Assembly (NCBI GenBank): GCA_050013395.1
Contig: JBEKFI010000006.1
Coordinates: 12,303-76,302, forward strand
Length of the DNA: 64,000 nt
Source of the DNA: Verrucomicrobiia bacterium
Lineage (GTDB): Bacteria; Verrucomicrobiota; Verrucomicrobiia; Palsa-1439
Reading direction: 5' to 3'
Shown: positions 9,382-19,172 of the stretch, in pieces
Numbering within the stretch: the first letter of the stretch is position 1
Layout of the letters: every line of letters starts with the position of its first letter
Program-made: the position numbers and the translations under genes
The notes under the pieces: model-generated
What the model was told of the DNA's origin: nothing
The model's input: the letters and a program-made list of their open reading frames with translations, nothing else
Databases searched by the model: none

Positions 9382-12117
9382 GTGCGATTACACCTCGGAG
9401 GACATGAAGCCGGACTTGGATTGACGATGGAGCGATTTCTTGCTACAGGTATTGTCAGCAAGTTGCCAAGCCGAGGAACCATTCTCGAAGGCGAGGATTT
9501 TGTGCCAGGACCCCAAATCATCGAAGCGCCAGCGCCCCTTGTTACGGCCAAAGCCGTCAACGAAGGTGGCGTAAGCAGCGTATCCCCGCAGGCTGTTGTC
9601 CCCGCCGAGCGGGTGCTGACGGACGGAAAGTTCTTCCGCATCGGGGCACAGAAGTTTTACCCGAAAGGCGTCACCTACGGCACGTTCAAGCCCGATGCGT
9701 CCGGGTGCACGTTCCCCAAGCCGGAACAGGTGGAGTGGGACTTCGAGTTGATCAAGCAACTCAATGCCAATTGCGTCCGCGTTTACCACGTGCCGCCGCG
9801 CTGGTTCTTGGATTTAGCGCAGCAGCATGGGCTGAAGGTACTGATTGATTGCGTCTGGTCCAAGCACACCTGTTTCCTCGATGACCCCGAGACGATGGAA
9901 AACGCCCGACGCGCCGTGCGCCAAGCGGCGGAAACGGTGGCGGGCCATCCGGCGGTGTTCGCGCTGGTGCTGGCCAACGAGATTCCGCCGGACATTGCGC
10001 GCTGGTACGGCGCGCGCCGGATCGAAAGCTTCATCGACGACCTGGCGGCCATCGTGAAACGAATCGATCCGCAACGGCTGGTCACCTTCGTCAATTTCCC
10101 GCCCACGGAGTTCCTCCGCCCCAGCAGTCTGGACTTTGTCAGCTTTAACGTTTACCTGCACGAGCAGCGGCCGTTCTCAAACTATCTGGATCGACTCCAA
10201 AGCATCGCGGGCGACAAACCGCTGGTGCTCGCGGAGTTCGGCATCGACTCGATCCGCGAGAGCGAAGAACGCAAGGCGCAGATTCTGAGCAGCCACATCG
10301 AGATCGCCTTCCGCGCCGGGCTGGCCGGTACGTTCATTTTTGCCTTCACCGACGATTGGCACACGGGTGGTCACCAAATTGAAAACTGGTTCTTCGGGTT
10401 GACCGACCGCGAACGGCAGCCACGCCGTTCGTATCACGCGATTGCCGAGCAGTACAAGCGCGCCCCGCACTTTCCGTTGCCGGATTACCCAAAGGTAAGC
10501 GTCGTGGTGGCGAGCTACAACGGCGGGCGGACTCTGCCCGCGTGCCTGAATTCGCTGACGCATCTGAATTATCCCAACTACGAGATCATCCTCGTCGATG
10601 ACGGCTCGACCGACGACACGGCGAAGATTGCCTCGCATTACCCTTCAGTGCGAACGATTCATCAGCCCAACCTTGGCTTGAGTGCCGCCCGCAACACAGG
10701 CATTGCGGCGGCTGAGGGCGACTTGATCGCTTTTACCGACAGCGATTGTCGCGCTGACGAAGACTGGCTTTACTATCTCGTTGGCGACCTGCTGAAGACA
10801 GACGCCGCCGCCATTGGCGGTCACAACTTTCCTCCGGCGGAGGACGACTGGATTGCGGGCGCCGTGGCGGTTTCGCCCGGCGGCCCAGCGCACGTCATGC
10901 TCGATGACCGCAACGCGGAGCACATCCCCGGCTGCAACATGATGTTCTGGAAGTGGTCGCTCGAGGGGATCGAAGGATTCGATCCGCAATACCGCGCGGC
11001 GGGCGACGACGTGGACGTTTGCTGGCGGCTGCTGCAACGCGGATACAAGATCACCTTTTCGCACGCCGGTTTCGTCTGGCATTACCGCCGCAACACCTTC
11101 GCCGCCTACTTGAAACAGCAGCGCGGCTACGGCGTGGCCGAGGCGCTGCTGCGCTACAAACATCCTGAATACTTCAACAGCCTCGGCGGCATGCGCTGGC
11201 ACGGTCGGATTTACAATCCGACGCGGGCGGCGGGCGCGTTCGGGCGGTTCGTGATTTATCACGGCATCTTCGGCAGCGGCCTGTTTCAAACACTCTACAC
11301 TCCCGAACCAGCCGGATTGCTGCCGATCCTGACCAGCCTGGAATGGCACGTGTTGTTTACGTTGGGCGGGGTTTTGCTGGCGATGATGTGGCCGGCGCTC
11401 TGGCCACTGCCGGCACTAACGCTCCTGGCGAGCCTGAGTGCGGCGGCGCTGGCTGCCGCGCGCGTCGATCTGCCTCCCTGGCAACGGCGCATCTGGTCGC
11501 GGCCGCTCGTCACCGGATTGTATTTGCTTCAGCCGATCGTGCGCGGTTGGCCAAGGTACGCGCATCGATTGCGCCGATCGGAGACGCCGACGACGGCGCA
11601 CGCGACGGTGAGAGAGTTGGCCGAGCAGTACGACGGCGTGTCGAGCATTCACACGGTCAATTACTGGAACGAGCAGGGGATCGAACGCGTTGCTTTTTTG
11701 CAGAAGCTTTTGGAGGTTCTGGAGCGCGACCAGTGGCAGGCCAGCGCCGATAGCGGTTGGGACGAGCATGACGTGACGATTCACGGCGACCGCTTCACCA
11801 AGGCTGTCGTCAACACCGTTTGCGAAAACCATGGCGGCGACAAGCGATTGCTGCGGGCGCGATTGTGCGCCCGCTGGACACTGCTGGCGAAAGTGCTGCT
11901 GTGGACTGACGTCGCGCTGGTGGCGCTCTTCCTCGTGGTGGCACAGCATGCCTTGTGGGCGCTATCGGCGTGGTTGCTGGTGGTGCTGGTGGCGGCGTAC
12001 CTGCATTTGCGCTCGCATCGCACGTTGCGGTTGGCGATTGCCCTCTTGGATGTGACGGCGCAGCAGATGGGACTCACCAAGCTCACGGCTCCGAAAAAGT
12101 TTGAAAAGCCCGCGTAG
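9382..12117 (+). CDS. Fusion protein: clan GH-A (TIM-barrel) glycoside hydrolase domain + family 2 glycosyltransferase + C-terminal multi-TM region
   Basis: GH-A catalytic motifs LANEIP and LAEFG. GT2 motifs VVVASYNGG, ILVDDGSTDDT, FTDSDC. Several hydrophobic helices at the C-terminus. Start codon uncertain (possibly 9427). Confidence 0.65.
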   Translation: MRLHLGGHEAGLGLTMERFLATGIVSKLPSRGTILEGEDFVPGPQIIEAPAPLVTAKAVNEGGVSSVSPQAVVPAERVLTDGKFFRIGAQKFYPKGVTYGTFKPDASGCTFPKPEQVEWDFELIKQLNANCVRVYHVPPRWFLDLAQQHGLKVLIDCVWSKHTCFLDDPETMENARRAVRQAAETVAGHPAVFALVLANEIPPDIARWYGARRIESFIDDLAAIVKRIDPQRLVTFVNFPPTEFLRPSSLDFVSFNVYLHEQRPFSNYLDRLQSIAGDKPLVLAEFGIDSIRESEERKAQILSSHIEIAFRAGLAGTFIFAFTDDWHTGGHQIENWFFGLTDRERQPRRSYHAIAEQYKRAPHFPLPDYPKVSVVVASYNGGRTLPACLNSLTHLNYPNYEIILVDDGSTDDTAKIASHYPSVRTIHQPNLGLSAARNTGIAAAEGDLIAFTDSDCRADEDWLYYLVGDLLKTDAAAIGGHNFPPAEDDWIAGAVAVSPGGPAHVMLDDRNAEHIPGCNMMFWKWSLEGIEGFDPQYRAAGDDVDVCWRLLQRGYKITFSHAGFVWHYRRNTFAAYLKQQRGYGVAEALLRYKHPEYFNSLGGMRWHGRIYNPTRAAGAFGRFVIYHGIFGSGLFQTLYTPEPAGLLPILTSLEWHVLFTLGGVLLAMMWPALWPLPALTLLASLSAAALAAARVDLPPWQRRIWSRPLVTGLYLLQPIVRGWPRYAHRLRRSETPTTAHATVRELAEQYDGVSSIHTVNYWNEQGIERVAFLQKLLEVLERDQWQASADSGWDEHDVTIHGDRFTKAVVNTVCENHGGDKRLLRARLCARWTLLAKVLLWTDVALVALFLVVAQHALWALSAWLLVVLVAAYLHLRSHRTLRLAIALLDVTAQQMGLTKLTAPKKFEKPA

Positions 12118-13711
12118 CACCTGGTTTTGGAACGCATTGCTTCTTGCGCTGCTTGTCTGGCAGGCGGCCGTGCTGTCGCTGCACATCAACCGCCCGTGGA
12201 CGGGCCATCACGACTGGAATGGCTTCCTGTGGTCTCAGGCGGCGCACAATCACCTGCTCGCGGGACTGCGCAGCACGCTGGGCGCATCTGCTTGGAACCA
12301 TTTCGGGCCGCCACCGATCCCGCCGGAGGCGTACTACGTTCATCATCCGCCCCTGCTGTCCTTGATTTTGGCGGCGCTTTTTGCCGTGCTCGGCGAACAC
12401 GAGTGGGTCGCCCGCCTCCTGCCGGTCAGTTTCTCAGTCGTCGGCGCGATGTTGCTGTGGCTGCTCGTGCGGGAAGCCGCCGGACCGCGCGCGGCCACGC
12501 TCGCGGTTGCTGTGTTTGCCGCCTGCCCGACGGAGTTGTACTTCGGCCAGATGGTCAATTTCGAGCCGCTGATGGCGGTGTGGATGTTGGGCGCGTTGTG
12601 GTGCCTCCGCCGTTGGCAACTGACCGCCAGCAGCGCGTACCTTGCAGCGGCGCTTGGCCTCGTAGCGCTCGGGCTGTGGACGGAATGGCCGATGTACATC
12701 CTGGCTGTGGTCCTCGCCGCAATGCTGCTGGCCCGACGACCGCCCGATTGGCGCGCGTCGGGCATGCTCACCGCAATCGCACTGGCTTCAGCCATGCTGT
12801 TTCTGTTGCACATTCGGCTGGTGTGCCCCGACGCTTGGCGGGATGCGCTCGGTCAGTTTGCGTTTCGGCTCAGCGCAGACCCCGGGCTGACGAGAGAAAG
12901 CGGGGCGACGTTCACGGCAGCGGAGTGGTTCGTCCGACAGGGCCGGTTTCTGACGCGCGGGATTTTGTGGCCGCTGTGGATTCTGGCGATTGCGGGCGCG
13001 GCGATGTGCTGGCGAAAACGGCTGACCTCGGACGGCCTTCGGTGGCTTGGCTGGGCTGCCCTGAACTTGTTCAGCATGCAGACAATTTATCTGGTTGTGT
13101 GGAGGAACGTCTCGTACACGCATGAGTACGCGAGCTTCTACTTTGTTCTGCCCGTGGCGATCATGGGCGGCGTTGCGTTGGATGGTTTGCTGGGCTGTGT
13201 GCAACAGCGGTGGAGTTCGAAACGTACGCACGTTGTGGCGCATTGCTTGCTGGTCGCTGCTGTTGTCGGGCTGTGCGGATGGGGTTATGCGCAGTCGCGC
13301 GTGTATCACCACCGTTATTACCTCCTCGAATGGGGCGAACCTGAGCCCGAAGACCTGATCCCGTCTCTTGGCCGAACGATTGCGCGGGCGTGTCCCGACG
13401 ACGCAATGATCATCTGCAATTTCCCGTGGATCTCGCCGCAACTGCAGTATTACGCCCGCAAAGAGATGGCCTTTCAGAAGACCGCGTACGCCGACTGGCA
13501 GCCTTATCTGGCGACCAACCGCGCCATTGGCGGTGTCATCTGGCAGGAAGCGCAAGGAGCGGCGGAATTACTCGCGGCGCTGCCGCCAGGCCACCGGGAA
13601 ATCGTCCGCTTTGGCCCCTATAGTTTCTGTCTGTGGCGGCCTGAATCTGCAGGCACGGGCAGATCGCAGGCGCGCAGCAGGGCAGCCAGCGCCTTGTCCG
13701 AATCGAAGTAA
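12101..13711 (+). CDS. GT-C fold glycosyltransferase, family 39 / ArnT-like membrane protein
   Basis: At least 10 predicted TM helices with the typical ArnT/PMT-like N-terminal topology. Sits next to the GT2 gene. Confidence 0.55.
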   Translation: MKSPRSTWFWNALLLALLVWQAAVLSLHINRPWTGHHDWNGFLWSQAAHNHLLAGLRSTLGASAWNHFGPPPIPPEAYYVHHPPLLSLILAALFAVLGEHEWVARLLPVSFSVVGAMLLWLLVREAAGPRAATLAVAVFAACPTELYFGQMVNFEPLMAVWMLGALWCLRRWQLTASSAYLAAALGLVALGLWTEWPMYILAVVLAAMLLARRPPDWRASGMLTAIALASAMLFLLHIRLVCPDAWRDALGQFAFRLSADPGLTRESGATFTAAEWFVRQGRFLTRGILWPLWILAIAGAAMCWRKRLTSDGLRWLGWAALNLFSMQTIYLVVWRNVSYTHEYASFYFVLPVAIMGGVALDGLLGCVQQRWSSKRTHVVAHCLLVAAVVGLCGWGYAQSRVYHHRYYLLEWGEPEPEDLIPSLGRTIARACPDDAMIICNFPWISPQLQYYARKEMAFQKTAYADWQPYLATNRAIGGVIWQEAQGAAELLAALPPGHREIVRFGPYSFCLWRPESAGTGRSQARSRAASALSESK

Positions 13712-14814
13712 TCCACTACGACCGCGCGTGCGGCGCGACAATGTTTTGCGTAGTCGGAGTTGATCTTCTCCACCGCCTCGACCACGTCGTCCTCGGCGCT
13801 GAAGGCAAACAGGCCTTCGCCGCACGGGATGATTTCGCTGAAGCCTGTGTCTTGAACGATGGCGGGTTTGCCTGACGCGAGATAAACCGCCGTGCGGTCG
13901 CTGAACCAGCCGCTGCGCGCCTTGACTTCCAGGTTCACCGCCACGCTGAATTCGCCGCGCGATTGCGCGATGTACTCGAGGTACGTCCACGGCGTGGCCG
14001 TTACCTTGAGCGGATTGGCGATGCGCCAACCGGCGGCGGCGATTTGCTCGCGCGGAGCGTTCGGCCCGGCCAGGGCGATTTCAAACATTGGCCCGACCCG
14101 CTTGGGCAAATCGAAGATCCGTATGAACTCGACGTCCTTCTGCCCGTACTCCTCGCCATTGTAAATGACCGGTTTGCGCGCGCTCCAGCTCATGATTGTC
14201 GTGAAGAACTTCGCCTCCGGTGTAAACCGCGGCGTCACCAACTCCAGCGCCATCGGCCAGCGGGTTGGACGCCAGTTCAGGCCGTGCGTCGGGATCGGGC
14301 AATCCACCTTGCCGATGCGCTCGCCGATGGTGAAATGAAATTGAAAATCGTACGGCGAGGCGTAGCCGTCGCAGGACGGCGCAGGCGTGGCAGGCATGCC
14401 GAACTGCGTGAAGCCGGGATCGGCATCCCAAAAGATGCGCTTCTTGCAGTCGCGAAACTGATCCAGCCAGGTCACGGCCGCTACGCTGAGCAGGAAATCG
14501 GCGTCGCAGCAAACGCGTCCCAATTCCTCGCGCGACATGCCGTGGTAATTGCCGTCCGCGTCCACGTAGCACCATCGGTTCACGCCGATCTTTTCGAACG
14601 CGCGGCGCAGCTCGGCGATGCCGTAGGTCGGATCATTGGTCGAGCTGTTGGTGCGCGGGTCATAACACGAGGACGGCCATCCGTACTGCTCGGCGAACAC
14701 CACCTCGTAGCCAAGCCTCTGCAACCCGACGAGAAAATGGAGCTGGGAAAGCACATGGCCGCCCAGCGGGTAGCGCACCAGATAACCGGCGACAATGGCC
14801 ACCGGCTTGCTCAT
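13618..14814 (-). CDS. CgeB-like glycosyltransferase family protein (paralog 1)
   Basis: The C-terminal segment FSDRTAVYLASGKPAIVQDTG...GEGLFAF resembles the CgeB / Glyco_trans_1_2 domain. Tandem paralog of 14811..16016. Confidence 0.45.
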   Translation of the reverse strand: MSKPVAIVAGYLVRYPLGGHVLSQLHFLVGLQRLGYEVVFAEQYGWPSSCYDPRTNSSTNDPTYGIAELRRAFEKIGVNRWCYVDADGNYHGMSREELGRVCCDADFLLSVAAVTWLDQFRDCKKRIFWDADPGFTQFGMPATPAPSCDGYASPYDFQFHFTIGERIGKVDCPIPTHGLNWRPTRWPMALELVTPRFTPEAKFFTTIMSWSARKPVIYNGEEYGQKDVEFIRIFDLPKRVGPMFEIALAGPNAPREQIAAAGWRIANPLKVTATPWTYLEYIAQSRGEFSVAVNLEVKARSGWFSDRTAVYLASGKPAIVQDTGFSEIIPCGEGLFAFSAEDDVVEAVEKINSDYAKHCRAARAVVVDYFDSDKALAALLRACDLPVPADSGRHRQKL

Positions 14815-16016
14815 ACGCCGACGCGCTCCAGCATCGCCCCCAACACCTTGCGCGCGTCAAACATCTGCTCGGCTATTCCGCGGGCTGCGGCACTGTGCCT
14901 CGCGTAATCGGCATTGATGTGATCGATGCCCGCGATCGCTTCTTCCGCCGTGCTGAACGCAAAAAGCCCGTTGCCGGTCGGATAAATCTTGCTCCAGTCT
15001 GTGTCCTGCAACACGCAGGGTCGCCCGAGCGCCAGATAACACGCGCTGCGGCAACTGAACCAGCCGCTGCGCGATTTGACGTAGCCTTCCTTGGCCACGC
15101 TCCATTCGCCCTTGGAGTTGCCCAAGTAATCGCGGTAGGTCCACGGATCAGGGAGATGCTCGCTCGGCTCGATGATCCGCCAGCCTTTTTGTTGGAGGAG
15201 TTCTGTCGGCCGCTTCATGCCCGGCCCCATGCCCATCGCGATCTCAAACTTCTGCGTCGTCTTCTGAGGCAGGTCAATAAACTTCATGAACTCGACATCT
15301 TTTTGTCCCCAGGTCTCTCCGCCGTACTCGCAGCCCTTGTAAGAAACCCAGTTCATCACCGTGGTGAATACATCGCGGACATCTTCCGTGGGAGCGGCGT
15401 CCCCGCCGCGATTCTGGCCCGGTCGCGGCGGGGACGCCGCTCCCACAAACGGCCACCAATCCAGCACGATCGGCTGGCGCGTCGGAATCCATTTCAATCC
15501 TGCCATCGGCACACGGCAATCAGGCGCTCCGATGTTCTCGGCGAACGTGAAATGAAAATCGTGGGCGTGGATGCGATCGATCACGCCTTGGTTGCCCGAC
15601 ACCAGCGCCACCTGCGTGAACATCGGATCGGAATCGATAAAAACCTTTCTGGGGATTGCGACGTACTCCGGCCGCAACCAGCCGCAGCCGGACACGTTCA
15701 GGTAAACGTCGGCGCTGGCGCAGAATTTCCTGGCCTCGGCCTCGCTAACGCCATGGTAACTGCCGTCGGGCGCGTTGCGGTAAATCCAGCGGTCGCCGAG
15801 GCTGAGCCGGTTCATCACGTCGCCGAGATACTTGACGTTGTAGCTGCAATCGTCGCTGACGGTGTTCTTGATCGGGTCGTACGGCCACGTCTCCGTGTCT
15901 TCGAGATACCACACCTCATGCCCGAGCAGGCGAAATCCCTCGACATACTGCAGGTAATCCCACGCCACCCCGCCGAACGCATACTGCCCGACCAGCCCTG
16001 TCACAATGATCCGCAT
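14811..16016 (-). CDS. CgeB-like glycosyltransferase family protein (paralog 2), carrying an in-frame palindromic-element insertion
   Basis: Same family as 13618..14814. Contains the extra segment GAASPPRPGQNRGGDAAPT, encoded by the palindromic element at 15388..15446, which is absent from the paralog. Confidence 0.45.
   Translation of the reverse strand: MRIIVTGLVGQYAFGGVAWDYLQYVEGFRLLGHEVWYLEDTETWPYDPIKNTVSDDCSYNVKYLGDVMNRLSLGDRWIYRNAPDGSYHGVSEAEARKFCASADVYLNVSGCGWLRPEYVAIPRKVFIDSDPMFTQVALVSGNQGVIDRIHAHDFHFTFAENIGAPDCRVPMAGLKWIPTRQPIVLDWWPFVGAASPPRPGQNRGGDAAPTEDVRDVFTTVMNWVSYKGCEYGGETWGQKDVEFMKFIDLPQKTTQKFEIAMGMGPGMKRPTELLQQKGWRIIEPSEHLPDPWTYRDYLGNSKGEWSVAKEGYVKSRSGWFSCRSACYLALGRPCVLQDTDWSKIYPTGNGLFAFSTAEEAIAGIDHINADYARHSAAARGIAEQMFDARKVLGAMLERVGV
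15388..15446. repeat. RPE-like palindromic element (23-bp inverted termini GTGGGAGCGGCGTCCCCGCCGCG) inserted in-frame in a CDS
   Basis: Near-perfect inverted repeat gtgggagcggcgtccccgccgcg ... cgcggcggggacgccgctcccac. The same termini occur at 48106..48175. Confidence 0.7.
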
Positions 16017-16190
16017 GCCGCCCAGTTTATACCGTGCCGCCGTCCAGCCGACAACAAGTCAGTGCAGCCGCCGCTAAAGCGATCCGTGCACGGTCAGGAA
16101 ACCGGCGCACAACGGGTTGACACGCAACTATGCGGAGTCTAATCTGCCGGTCGACTTTTTCATAATATTGCTGTTAGGTTTTGATGAATG

Positions 16191-16497
16191 TATGAAATGT
16201 CCTTATTGTGAGCATGAGCTTCCGCTGACTTGGCGTCGATATTGGAAGTCGCCTTTTGGTCGCCACCTTTGCCCTAGTTGCAGTCGGCGCTCTAAGTTCG
16301 AGGTGAGCGTGTTGTATTGTCTGCTCCTTCTGCTCGGTGCGGCGGTGGGAGGAGTTCCGTTGTCACTGTTGTTCCACACGTGGAGGGGAGGCCATTGGTG
16401 GATTATGGGTTGGGTTGTCGGAGGTCTGCTCACGTGCATCCCGTTCGACAAATACTTGGAGACGAGACATAGAACACTCGTGAAGATGGAGACCTAA
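16191..16497 (+). CDS. Hypothetical zinc-ribbon membrane protein
   Basis: CPYC...CPSC zinc-ribbon motif followed by two hydrophobic helices. Lies in a lower-GC region. Confidence 0.3.
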
Positions 16498-16547
16498 CCT
16501 GACTTATTCACGATGCGCTTGAAAGCTCGACAGTCTGTCACAGCTCG

Positions 16548-16632
16548 AACCCTCACCCTGACCCTCTCCCTTGGAAAGGGAGAGGGGAAATCTCCTCGCC
16601 CCGCATGCGGGGAGAGGACCAAGGTGAGGGGC
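16548..16632. repeat. ~90-bp nested palindromic intergenic element (copy 1 of 4)
   Basis: CCCTCACCCTGACCCTCTCCC ... GGGAGAGG..GGTGAGGG with internal hairpins. Related copies at 37092, 61711 and 63197. Confidence 0.75.
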
Positions 16633-17021
16633 AGTTCGTTGCGCAAAACTTCATGAATGAGTCAGGCTAGTGCTTGACGTCCGATCCCTCATAGGAGGCC
16701 GACGTCTCATCACAAAGACATTCACGCTGTGAGCGCCATGAATATCGTGATTACTGAAATGCCAAGTGCCGGCAAAGCAACCCAGAAACACGCACGAACC
16801 TTCCCGCGCCGATAACTTGAAATCAGGACGAAAGCTGCCAATGACACCCCCACGGTCGGTAACGCAAATACGTTATCCGGCAAGTGCTGTGTCGTGCCTC
16901 CAGCACCGGCTGCAACCATCGCTCCAGTATTTGTCCAATCCCAAAAAGCGCCTATGACTGCAATGACACAGCCCAGAATGCCAGTACCATTTCGGTCTTA
17001 TTCACGGTGGTGCGAGTCGGC

Positions 17022-17573
17022 CTAACGATAGGTCTTGTCGTCGACACGGCTTAGGTCGATTCCGTCCTTGAAAACTCCGACCGTCACGACAGCGAAGGTG
17101 AACACGCTGGTACCGGCCTCCAGGTGCCCGCCGAACGCCTTGTCGGCGTCGGTCATGGTGAGGTGGGCATGAACGCGGCCGTCGATCACATATCCGTTCA
17201 TGCTCACGATGTCGGCCGGGCCCGCGGGGTTTTTCACGTAGATGTTCTTGGAGGGGAAGGTTCCATTGCTGACCGTGTGGAAATGATAGCTCCGGACCGA
17301 TCCGGCTGCCGCCAGGATCACGGCGTTGCGGATCTTGTGCTGTTTCACCATGCGCTCCAGACCTGCAAGAAGGTCGGTTTGATTCTTGAAGCGCAGCACC
17401 AAGACCCGCTCGAATTGCCCGCTGAGCGCATACACCTCCGGCACCGTGTCGCTGTTCGGTTTCGAATCCTCCGCCGGCGTGGTGGCGTTGGTCACCTCGG
17501 TGCGGGTCGGTTGGGCTGCCGCCGTGCTCATGATCGCCAGAAAACCTAGAATCTGAATCAGTCTACGCATGGG
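17022..17573 (-). CDS. DUF296 / PPC (PCC) domain protein with signal peptide
   Basis: Signal-peptide-like N-terminus MRRLIQILGFLAIMSTAAA. The C-terminal region resembles PPC-domain proteins. Confidence 0.5.
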   Translation of the reverse strand, partial: PMRRLIQILGFLAIMSTAAAQPTRTEVTNATTPAEDSKPNSDTVPEVYALSGQFERVLVLRFKNQTDLLAGLERMVKQHKIRNAVILAAAGSVRSYHFHTVSNGTFPSKNIYVKNPAGPADIVSMNGYVIDGRVHAHLTMTDADKAFGGHLEAGTSVFTFAVVTVGVFKDGIDLSRVDDKTYR

Positions 17574-17729
17574 ATGTCTCCTTGTTCGGTGGATGATGGT
17601 TGAGCCGTATCGTTCATAAACTTGTCCTTGCGAGCCTGTGTGAACTAGGAGCGCATCGTCGCGGCAAGAATGCCGCTCCCACAACGATACAGTTTGTCCG
17701 CACAGCAAGCAGCTCGTGCAATGCACGGG

Positions 17730-19172
17730 TTAAAATTTCATCGAGAGCAGAAACTCGGCGTTGGACTGGGTCTTCTTGAGCTTCTCGACGATCAATTCCA
17801 TCGCTTCAATCGGCGGGACACCGCTCAGCGCCTTGCGCAGAATGTAGATGCGCTCAAGCTCGTCAGGATGATAGAGCAGCTCCTCTTTGCGCGTCCCCGA
17901 CTTTTCGATGTTAATCGCGGGGAAGATGCGCTTGTCCACCAAATGCCGGTCTAGGCACAGCTCCATGTTGCCCGTGCCCTTGAATTCCTCAAAGATGACT
18001 TCGTCCATGCGCGAGCCTGTGTCAACCAGGGCCGTGGCCATGATCGTCAGCGTGCCGCTTTCCTCGATGTTGCGGGCCGAGCCGAAGAATCGCTTGGGCT
18101 TGTGCAACGCGTTGGCGTCCACACCGCCCGACAGGATTTTGCCCGAGTGCGGCGCCAACGTGTTGTAGGCGCGGGCCAGACGCGTGATCGAGTCGAGCAG
18201 GATCACGACGTCCTTCTTGAATTCGACAAGGCGTTTGGCTTTCTCCAGCACCATCTCGGCGACTTGCGCGTGCCGCTCGGGCGGCTCGTCGAACGTGGAA
18301 CTGATGATTTCGGCATCGACGGTGCGCTTGAAGTCGGTGACTTCCTCGGGCCGCTCGTCGATGAGCAGCACGATCACAATCGCTTCGGGATTGTTGGTCA
18401 GAATCGCATTGGCGATTTTCTGCAGCAGAATGGTCTTGCCCGTGCGCGGCGGCGCGACGATCAGGCCGCGCTGGCCCTTGCCGATCGGGCAGAACAAGTC
18501 CAGCACGCGCGTGTTGATCTCCTCCGGCCTCGTTTCGAGGATGAATCGCTTGGTCGGGAAGTACGGCGTGAGGTTGTCGAACTGGATCTTTTCCTTGGCT
18601 TTCTCGGGGTTTTCCCGGTTGACCGCCTGCACCTTCAACAAGGCAAAGAACCGCTCCTTGTCCTTTGGCGGACGCACTTGTCCGGAGACAACGTCACCCG
18701 TCTGCAACTCGAACCGTCGGATCTGTGAGGGCGACACGTAGATGTCCTCGGGGCAGGGCAGATAATTGTAGCTGGGCGAACGCAGGAATCCGAAGCCGTC
18801 AGGCAGGATTTCCAGCACACCCTCGCCGAACATCGTGCCGTTGCGCTCGGCGTTTTTCTTGAGAATCTGGTGGATGATCTCGTGTTTCTTGAGCGTGGCG
18901 ACGGTTTCGACTCCCATGGTGCGCGCCATTTTCTGGAGCGCAGGCATGGACATCTCCTGGAGTTTGCTCAGATCGAGCATCTCACCGGGCGGTTGTTCCG
19001 CAGCGCGCTGCTCCGAAGGGGCTTCCTTCTCCGCCACCGCGGCTGGAGCATCGATTGTTTCCACCGCAGCGGCGGCCTCCTCACCGTTTCCGGCGCTGGA
19101 ACCGTTCTTCACTTCTGTTTCGTTCGGCGTCTCGACCGCCTGTTCCGTCGTCTTAGTTTTTGCTCGGGGCAT
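17730..19172 (-). CDS. rho: Transcription termination factor Rho
   Basis: Rho N-terminal and CSD motifs, Walker A PPRTGKT, strongly conserved RecA-like core. Total length 480 aa. Confidence 0.9.
   Translation of the reverse strand: MPRAKTKTTEQAVETPNETEVKNGSSAGNGEEAAAAVETIDAPAAVAEKEAPSEQRAAEQPPGEMLDLSKLQEMSMPALQKMARTMGVETVATLKKHEIIHQILKKNAERNGTMFGEGVLEILPDGFGFLRSPSYNYLPCPEDIYVSPSQIRRFELQTGDVVSGQVRPPKDKERFFALLKVQAVNRENPEKAKEKIQFDNLTPYFPTKRFILETRPEEINTRVLDLFCPIGKGQRGLIVAPPRTGKTILLQKIANAILTNNPEAIVIVLLIDERPEEVTDFKRTVDAEIISSTFDEPPERHAQVAEMVLEKAKRLVEFKKDVVILLDSITRLARAYNTLAPHSGKILSGGVDANALHKPKRFFGSARNIEESGTLTIMATALVDTGSRMDEVIFEEFKGTGNMELCLDRHLVDKRIFPAINIEKSGTRKEELLYHPDELERIYILRKALSGVPPIEAMELIVEKLKKTQSNAEFLLSMKF

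Noticed and set aside
12127-13125. 332-aa alternative-frame ORF inside the GT39-like gene
   Set aside because: Arg/Pro-rich frame-shifted shadow of the real membrane-protein ORF.
13618-13711. 94-bp convergent overlap between the GT39-like gene and the CgeB-like gene, considered as evidence of mis-annotation
   Set aside because: Both ORF ends are fixed by stop codons. The overlap only involves the low-complexity C-terminal tail of the GT39 protein. Not anomalous enough to report.
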